The notes under the pieces: model-generated
What the model was told of the DNA's origin: nothing
The model's database searches: none
The model's input: only the letters and a program-made list of their open reading frames with translations
Source: a virus
Taxonomy: Duplodnaviria > Caudoviricetes
Strand: one strand, 5' to 3'
DNA: 27,297 nt
IMG/VR virus record: IMGVR_UViG_3300027805_000068
Location: 1-27,297 of that record
Shown: positions 21,673-27,297 of the stretch, piece after piece
How the letters are laid out: every line of letters begins with the position of its first letter
How positions within the stretch are numbered: the first letter of the stretch is position 1
Program-made: the position numbers and the translations under genes

Positions 21673-24490
21673 CAGCGATCAGTTTCTCTACTAACTCTTT
21701 AGGATTGCTTAGCTTAAATGCGTAGCATCTAATGCCGTTAAGTGTGCCGCCTTTCCATCCTGTACCGAGCCGCTTCTTCTCCTCAACCTTGAGCAATACG
21801 CCTTTCTTGTCCAAGGTGTACCGCATCTCCTCGGTGCTGACTTTGCACTCTAGGGCGATAAAGTCGTTAAACATCTTGGTCGGCACGTACATCATGGAAG
21901 TATCTAACTCCATACGTCCCATCAACGGGCCGTATATCTCGGACGTACTGACACCGTCGTTAAAGATCAAGAAGCCACGATGGTTGTTATTAAAGTACTC
22001 GGTGATGAGAGATTCATAATCAATCGTCTGTTCTTTGACGGTCTTATCCCGCACCATGATCGACTGCAACATCACGGCATTGAAGATACGCTCGATGTCG
22101 TAGTTAACAATTCCCGCCTCGTTAGCAAACTCAAGCCCTGCAAATGATGCAGAGGTAGAGTTCAAAAAGAAGCGATGCGTGATGTCATTACCAAACCCAG
22201 ACTTCTTGATGCGGTCTTTCCACTTGGCAATGCACGCTTCGATCTCGTCATCTGTCAGAGTCACTAGGTACTTGATGTACTCACGCCCTGCCCATCCATA
22301 GTTGGTGTTAAACGGGTCAAATATCAGATCACCTGCGTCAGGGTTGTCCTCAAGGTACTTCGGCCTAACGATTCGGTACTCCATGTAACGCGCCAACTCA
22401 CCAGTCGGGTTGCGCTTTGTGGCAAACAACTTATCCATCATCGACTCGTTTGAAGTCCAGATAGATATCAACGCTGCGCTCAACTCCATCTCACGCTCGG
22501 CGTTAACGCTTGCCTGCATACGTATCTTGCCCTTGCCTTGGGAGATAGAGTGAATCAGGTTGGACAGTTCCTTCGGGTCTTTGTCCTTTACCTCGTCGAT
22601 GCCAAGCAGGATGTTCTTCAGGTTCAAGGCACGTTGCACGAATGCGTTATCGGTTGACTTGAAGATGCTGGCCTCAGCCGGTGACGCCCAGACACTCACA
22701 CCCGCAAGTAACGCACCGGTCTTGGCAGCGCCTGTGTTACCGGTATAGCAGAACGTCATGCCCTTCGTAGAGCAGTACTTCATTAGAGGAGAACCGAACG
22801 ACATCCCCACCACGAAAGCGTGCATCTCAAATCCAACACGGTTGAGTTCCCCTGCACACTCCTTCCACTTCTCGTAGGAACCTTTCGGAGCCATCATCTT
22901 CGCCACGCCCTTCACAAGCGGTGACGTAGCGGCCTTCTTCTCTACACCCCTTTTATCAATCTCAATCGCGCCAAGTACGAACGCGCTGTTATCTTCAGCC
23001 CATCCCATCTGACCACGAACAATGTCGGCAGCGCCCTGCGCCTGTAAATAGTGTGCCCATTTAGTCATGTAATCCACCAACATCGGCCATAACTTTTGTG
23101 ACGGAGGTGCAATGCCCTCCTTACCCAATGCTTTCTTAAACGTATCAAGCGAGTTGATGGCTTCAAACGGCATATCAAACTCACGCACCTCGTGCGGCAT
23201 AACAATCCGAACTACGTAAATCTCACCGCCGTTTGTGCTGTACTTGCGCTTGATGGGAAAGAAATCATTATTCGACAACAGTATCGGATCTGGCTGGTGT
23301 CGTGATCCATCCTCGTCAACTTCAGCGGGAGGCAGGTAATAGATGCCCCCGTTCTTACCACGTACAAACGGCTTCAGGTACGTTGGGAAGATTGGAACCT
23401 CTTGGGGATTCTCCGCGACCCGAACTGAGTCCTCCTCGGAAATCTCTTCGACGGTTGGTGCTTCGGCGAGTCTTCGTCCGACTGCCAGAGGGTTTGTGAT
23501 ACGTCCTCTGAAGGGGCAGCCGTCGCAGCCACCGGGGTTGAGGTCATTAAACTTCTCGCACGAAAAAGGTTTTCCATGCGCTTGATTAGCCTTCTTAACG
23601 GTATGGTCATGGCTGTACTCCGGGTGGTCCTCCGACATCAAATGAATCGCTGTCTCCCAGTCTGTGCAGTGACGAGCGATAGATAGCCCTGCGTACCACA
23701 GTGGTTCTTCCAACGTGGCAGCGTTCGTCAGAATGTTCTTGATCTGAGCGCACCCCTGATCGCTCAGACTCTTCTCAGCAATATCTTGGAACACCGTCTC
23801 GTAGTTGTCGTACTTGACGATCTTCTTCGTATCCTCGTCTAGACCTCGCGGCAGGATGTCGAATATAGAACTCGGCTCTTCCTCTGCCTGCCCCAAGTAA
23901 GTCTTGAACTCTTCGTAAGACCACTCAGTAAAGTCCGTATCAAGCAGGCGTGTCTGTAGTGGCGGATCAGTTTTGTAATTCAATGAGTCTGGGCAGCGCA
24001 AGATACGAGCCATGTCAGCCGTAACTGCCGGGTCAATCTTGATGTGATCCAGACACAACTTCTTAAACCGTGTGGCATAACCCTTCCACTCGGCACTCGG
24101 TACGTCCTGATCCAGAATCCAATACGCATGGATACCACCACCCGAATCCACCCTGACAGGTGGAGGCAGTTCCGCAATACGGACAAAGTCATCTAGTGCA
24201 GCAAGGGCTTCTTCCTTGCTTGCATACTTCTTCGGATTGTCTGCACCAACATCCAGATCAATGAAGAAGGTCTTGCAGTACGAAGCGCAATCGGCCTTCC
24301 TACTACGTTGGCTAAAACTATGAAGTGCTACGAATACATTTAACTCGCTCTCTTGTAATCCTTTAACACATTGATCCAATTCGCTGAGCGACTCTGCAAA
24401 CCGATGGTAGGTTCGACCATCTCGGTCGATACCGGCTGCACAGTACAGACCCTGCGACGGTAATGCTTTCTCGTAAAATTCTTTTTGCAT
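21650..24490 (-). CDS. DNA primase-helicase: N-terminal AEP/RepB-like primase, Cys cluster, C-terminal DUF927 ATPase/helicase
   Basis: FFIDLDVG (DxD), VDSGGGIHAYW (SGxGxH), D.ARILRCP.SLNYK, CEKF...CDGCPF, QMGW, Walker A variant GNTGAAKT, Walker B LGIDE, GKGKIRM, TSN, NYGWAG. Confidence 0.88.
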   Translation of the reverse strand: MQKEFYEKALPSQGLYCAAGIDRDGRTYHRFAESLSELDQCVKGLQESELNVFVALHSFSQRSRKADCASYCKTFFIDLDVGADNPKKYASKEEALAALDDFVRIAELPPPVRVDSGGGIHAYWILDQDVPSAEWKGYATRFKKLCLDHIKIDPAVTADMARILRCPDSLNYKTDPPLQTRLLDTDFTEWSYEEFKTYLGQAEEEPSSIFDILPRGLDEDTKKIVKYDNYETVFQDIAEKSLSDQGCAQIKNILTNAATLEEPLWYAGLSIARHCTDWETAIHLMSEDHPEYSHDHTVKKANQAHGKPFSCEKFNDLNPGGCDGCPFRGRITNPLAVGRRLAEAPTVEEISEEDSVRVAENPQEVPIFPTYLKPFVRGKNGGIYYLPPAEVDEDGSRHQPDPILLSNNDFFPIKRKYSTNGGEIYVVRIVMPHEVREFDMPFEAINSLDTFKKALGKEGIAPPSQKLWPMLVDYMTKWAHYLQAQGAADIVRGQMGWAEDNSAFVLGAIEIDKRGVEKKAATSPLVKGVAKMMAPKGSYEKWKECAGELNRVGFEMHAFVVGMSFGSPLMKYCSTKGMTFCYTGNTGAAKTGALLAGVSVWASPAEASIFKSTDNAFVQRALNLKNILLGIDEVKDKDPKELSNLIHSISQGKGKIRMQASVNAEREMELSAALISIWTSNESMMDKLFATKRNPTGELARYMEYRIVRPKYLEDNPDAGDLIFDPFNTNYGWAGREYIKYLVTLTDDEIEACIAKWKDRIKKSGFGNDITHRFFLNSTSASFAGLEFANEAGIVNYDIERIFNAVMLQSIMVRDKTVKEQTIDYESLITEYFNNNHRGFLIFNDGVSTSEIYGPLMGRMELDTSMMYVPTKMFNDFIALECKVSTEEMRYTLDKKGVLLKVEEKKRLGTGWKGGTLNGIRCYAFKLSNPKELVEKLIADGKVDRT

Positions 24491-24504
24491 ACGCGCCTAC
24501 AGAT

Positions 24505-24533
24505 AAAAAAGGCGGGGCAAAAGCCACCCCGCC
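24505..24533 (-). terminator. Rho-independent terminator
   Basis: Minus strand reads GGCGGGG-tggcttttg-CCCCGCC-TTTTTT: perfect 7-bp GC stem followed by a U6 tract, 23 nt after the HTH gene stop. Confidence 0.85.
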
Positions 24534-24556
24534 AAACCGAGAACCACTAGATTAAA

Positions 24557-24865
24557 TCAGAGTGGTCCTCCTACCATATCAGCCAGATACATCTTCGCGT
24601 CAATATTAGTTTTGGCAGGGAGTACTCCCTGTTCCATATCTTTCTTGACGAGGTCGATGAAGGCTTCAACCGTTCTGCGCTTCTCCTCACGTATGTACTG
24701 TCCACGGAACCACGCATAAACCGTGGTCTTGGATACTTCTAGTACTCTGGACACGTGTACCGCAGGAAGATTGGCATCTACGCAGATTCTGCCAAGTTGA
24801 ACTCCCAAGCGGTTCGGGTCAGCGTCCCGTAGTTCAAGCAGGAACTTATCACCGTATGACCGCAT
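24557..24865 (-). CDS. HTH DNA-binding protein (XRE/Cro-like)
   Basis: LPAVHVSRVLEVSKTTVYAWFRG helix-turn-helix pattern; strong SD TAAGGAG. Confidence 0.8.
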   Translation of the reverse strand: MRSYGDKFLLELRDADPNRLGVQLGRICVDANLPAVHVSRVLEVSKTTVYAWFRGQYIREEKRRTVEAFIDLVKKDMEQGVLPAKTNIDAKMYLADMVGGPL

Positions 24866-24874
24866 GGGAACTCC

Positions 24875-25738
24875 TTACTTCTTCGCCCACTTCTTGACAA
24901 CGTCAGAAACGTCACCAGAGGGGGCGGCTTCAGTCTTCTTGTTAGCACCACGCAACTTCGGCTCATCGTCCATCGCTGCCTGACCAGTAACGACGGAACC
25001 TGTCGGCACAGCAACAGCCTCGTCAGTCTGGAACACAGTGAGTTTGATCGCGTTCTCAGCCGCTGCCGATTCACGCTGCCGCATGATGGCATCAACGTCA
25101 CTCTCAGGTACAACACCAACAGGCGAGAACAACAGCTTCGGTACAGGCGACTTGGTGTCAAACTGCATACGAGTGACGACGCGACCTGCGCTGATCTCGT
25201 TGTCAGCGAGTTTCTGGATGTACGGACGGAACGGCCACTTGCCGCCTTCTTCCTTACCAAAGCACGAGGTGGCAGGCAGAACCAACTGCATGACATCCCC
25301 TGCCGGGTCATTCGGCAGAACGACCGCCGTACGCCACGACAAACGACACGCTGTGCCGCTGCCGCCTTGACCAGAACCCTTCACAGAGAACTGACACTGA
25401 TCACAAGCCGATGCTTGAGGATTCTTAACTTCCGGATCAGGAGTCTTGGAGTTGGATGACCAGCAAACAGGAGCGATCTTCTCGCCTTCCTTGTATGCAC
25501 CGGAGTAGTACTGACGGCTTGCCGTGTGTGCCATACGGACAAAGACCACGTTCATGTGGCGATCTTCGATAGCACCAATCTCTTTACCGCCAGACATCTT
25601 ACGGAACACGCCGCCCTTGATGCTGATGCGCTTCGGAAGGTTGCCACCGCCACCGGCTACTGCGCGGGTATCGTCGTCTACGCCACGGGGAAGTGTGGCG
25701 AGTTCGCTCTTCAAACTTGCAATGATATCGTTACTCAC
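24875..25738 (-). CDS. Conserved phage replication protein, putative Zn-binding ssDNA-binding/annealing protein
   Basis: GTG start with GGAG SD; KRISIKGGVFR; four Cys (PVCWS...CDQC...ACR); beta-rich core; flexible C-terminal tail ending in WAKK; lies between helicase and primase. Function is inferred. Confidence 0.55.
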   Translation of the reverse strand: MSNDIIASLKSELATLPRGVDDDTRAVAGGGGNLPKRISIKGGVFRKMSGGKEIGAIEDRHMNVVFVRMAHTASRQYYSGAYKEGEKIAPVCWSSNSKTPDPEVKNPQASACDQCQFSVKGSGQGGSGTACRLSWRTAVVLPNDPAGDVMQLVLPATSCFGKEEGGKWPFRPYIQKLADNEISAGRVVTRMQFDTKSPVPKLLFSPVGVVPESDVDAIMRQRESAAAENAIKLTVFQTDEAVAVPTGSVVTGQAAMDDEPKLRGANKKTEAAPSGDVSDVVKKWAKK

Positions 25739-25743
25739 TTTAT

Positions 25744-26139
25744 TTACTCCTTGTTTGCTCTACGTACTGTGACACCGAACTCCCGCATCACATTCACTCC
25801 CGGTGGGAGTCCATCACCCTCGATGTCTTTAAGGTGCTGTTTGAAGTTGCCTTGATGGATGCGGCGCTCAAGCAACTGAACTGCTTCATTATCTAACACG
25901 TACTTATAAAACCCATCCCAGTCTTGGCAGAAGAAGCGTTCGTTAATCTTACGCATCACCGTACCGTGACTAGTCTTGATGCTGTCGGCATTGATTGAAT
26001 TACAAACCTCAAGCATCGCCGTCTCTAACTTCATCATGTCTTCTTTTAACAGAGCATCTTCCGCTTCGTACTTTTGTTGCAGCCGTTCGCGCTGTGTACG
26101 TAGGTTCAGATACGCTTCAACTAATTCTTCTGTATTCAC
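25744..26139 (-). CDS. Conserved small phage replication-module protein (N-terminal coiled coil)
   Basis: GTGA overlap with the helicase stop, GGAGG SD; coiled coil followed by IKT..GTV...DWD.FY.YV...LLERRI.Q...PPGVN. Confidence 0.75.
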   Translation of the reverse strand: MNTEELVEAYLNLRTQRERLQQKYEAEDALLKEDMMKLETAMLEVCNSINADSIKTSHGTVMRKINERFFCQDWDGFYKYVLDNEAVQLLERRIHQGNFKQHLKDIEGDGLPPGVNVMREFGVTVRRANKE

Positions 26140-27296
26140 ACTTCCTCCACTTCATCCAACTCTTGTTTGTACAGATCGACTATCTTTTGATGACTGTCTA
26201 CCTTACCTTGCAGCATCGAATACATCTTGCGCTCAACATCCGAACCTTGCAGATGAACCACGGTCATCTTGTTCTTCTGTCCAACGCGCTCGATACGTCC
26301 AATGCACTGCAAATATGTCTCTACACTCATGACTGGCGACCAGAACACAATCGTGTCAGCAGCCGTTAGCGTGATGCCATGCGCTGCCGATTGAGGCTGA
26401 ATCACTAGTACTCGCGGATCTTCCATCTTTTGAAACTGATCAATGATTACTGACCGTTCTTTCGCACCGACCGAGCCTTGAATCACCGCGCTCGTTAGTC
26501 CTTCGTTGGTCAAAAATTTCGTGATCACATCAATAGTATGGAGGTACGGAACGAATATTACAACCTTATTTGTAGTTTCGTCTAGAACTTCTTTCAGGAT
26601 GTTAAGGCGTGGCGAGACATCAAACTCGATTACTTGATGCTTGTCCGTGTACACCGCACCGCCTGATATCTGTAAAAGTTTTTGTATCGACGCCGCTGCA
26701 TTGACAGCAGAAATCTGTTGCCCCGCTGCTTCAATCAGCATCTGACTTTTGAGCGTCTTGTAATACTTACTTACCTGAGCACTAAGCGGAGCGATTCTCG
26801 TTTGGTACGTAAGTGTCGGTAAATCAAGGCATTCTTGCTTGGTGTATCTAACAGCCGGTTGCAGTGCCGAGAAGACTTGCAGTTTGTAGTCGTGTTTGGG
26901 CAGCCACTTGAACCTGCTGACTTGATACATAACTTTATCTCGCCATGCAGTAGAGAACTTTGGCACACGTTGGGGCGAGACCAATCGCGCTAAGCCAAAC
27001 GCATCAAGCGGTGACTGTGATGCAGGAGTACCCGTCATCATCCAGAGCCACGTGTCGGGTGTCATCAACTTGGCTAACGTCTTCCACCGTTTAGTGCTGA
27101 CGGTTTTGTATGCGTTGGCCTCGTCAATAATGATCAAGTCAAACTTGGCGGCAAGCAGTTCGTTGAAGACTACGTGTGTACCGTCGTAGTTAATGATCGT
27201 GAAGTCGTAGTTCTCTTCCAGAATCTTCTTGCGTTTGTTGCTCGTGCCGTACGCCACGCCGCAAGTGCGGTGCATAGCAGTCTTAAAGATGTCGGC
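26136..27296 (-). CDS. SNF2-family (SF2) DNA helicase/ATPase, N-terminally truncated by the window edge
   Basis: IINYDG, motif II IIIDEA, motif III MMTGTP, KLLQISGG, motif V SAAHGITLT, motif VI QCIGRIERVGQ; frame stays open to the window end (ADIFKTAMHR...) and Walker A lies outside the window. Confidence 0.92.
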   Translation of the reverse strand, partial: ADIFKTAMHRTCGVAYGTSNKRKKILEENYDFTIINYDGTHVVFNELLAAKFDLIIIDEANAYKTVSTKRWKTLAKLMTPDTWLWMMTGTPASQSPLDAFGLARLVSPQRVPKFSTAWRDKVMYQVSRFKWLPKHDYKLQVFSALQPAVRYTKQECLDLPTLTYQTRIAPLSAQVSKYYKTLKSQMLIEAAGQQISAVNAAASIQKLLQISGGAVYTDKHQVIEFDVSPRLNILKEVLDETTNKVVIFVPYLHTIDVITKFLTNEGLTSAVIQGSVGAKERSVIIDQFQKMEDPRVLVIQPQSAAHGITLTAADTIVFWSPVMSVETYLQCIGRIERVGQKNKMTVVHLQGSDVERKMYSMLQGKVDSHQKIVDLYKQELDEVEEV

Positions 27297-27297
27297 C

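Larger units (their letters stand above)
1..27297. mobile_element. Tailed bacteriophage genome segment (podovirus-like): tail/lysis/ejection module converging on a replication module
   Basis: Holin plus lysozyme, gp10-like tail hub, large internal virion proteins, primase-helicase and SNF2 helicase; near-zero intergenic space; no host housekeeping genes. No integrase or att site is visible, so free phage versus prophage cannot be decided. Confidence 0.95.

Noticed and set aside
1-27297. tRNA, rRNA, integrase/att, IS elements, introns/inteins, stop-codon reassignment
   Set aside because: No intergenic room or motifs seen; genes tile the window fully under the standard code, with TAA, TGA and one TAG used as stops.

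Overview
This is a 27.3-kb internal fragment of a tailed dsDNA bacteriophage, most likely a short-tailed podovirus-type phage. It resembles uncultured aquatic phages; a Gram-negative host is inferred. Two gene blocks converge. The + strand (1-21475) is a tightly coupled late/virion block: a 5'-truncated six-repeat beta-propeller protein, a coiled-coil protein, a GT-A glycosyltransferase, a small unknown, a holin and GH24 endolysin, a P22 gp10-like tail hub, a C1q/TNF-like tail protein and four candidate ejection proteins. The last is a 2474-aa polyvalent protein with two winged helices, an H-Y-E ADP-ribosyltransferase, an HExxxH metallopeptidase and a PLxRFG-like motif. The - strand (27297-21472) is a replication block: truncated SNF2 helicase, small coiled-coil protein, Cys-containing putative ssDNA-binding protein, HTH protein, intrinsic terminator, primase-DUF927 helicase and a small conserved protein. 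The most striking feature is a candidate extensible DNA-delivery system. One ejection protein carries a 403-aa Gln/Asn array of 35 11-mers plus one 18-mer, recalling phiX174 H and tape-measure proteins. Its two neighbours carry repeated aromatic/hydrophobic-x-x-GG motifs, and one has a lambda gpH-like C-terminal signature. The giant protein carries an AT-rich, apparently swapped-in ART cassette. All family calls come from motif recognition by eye; no database searches were run.
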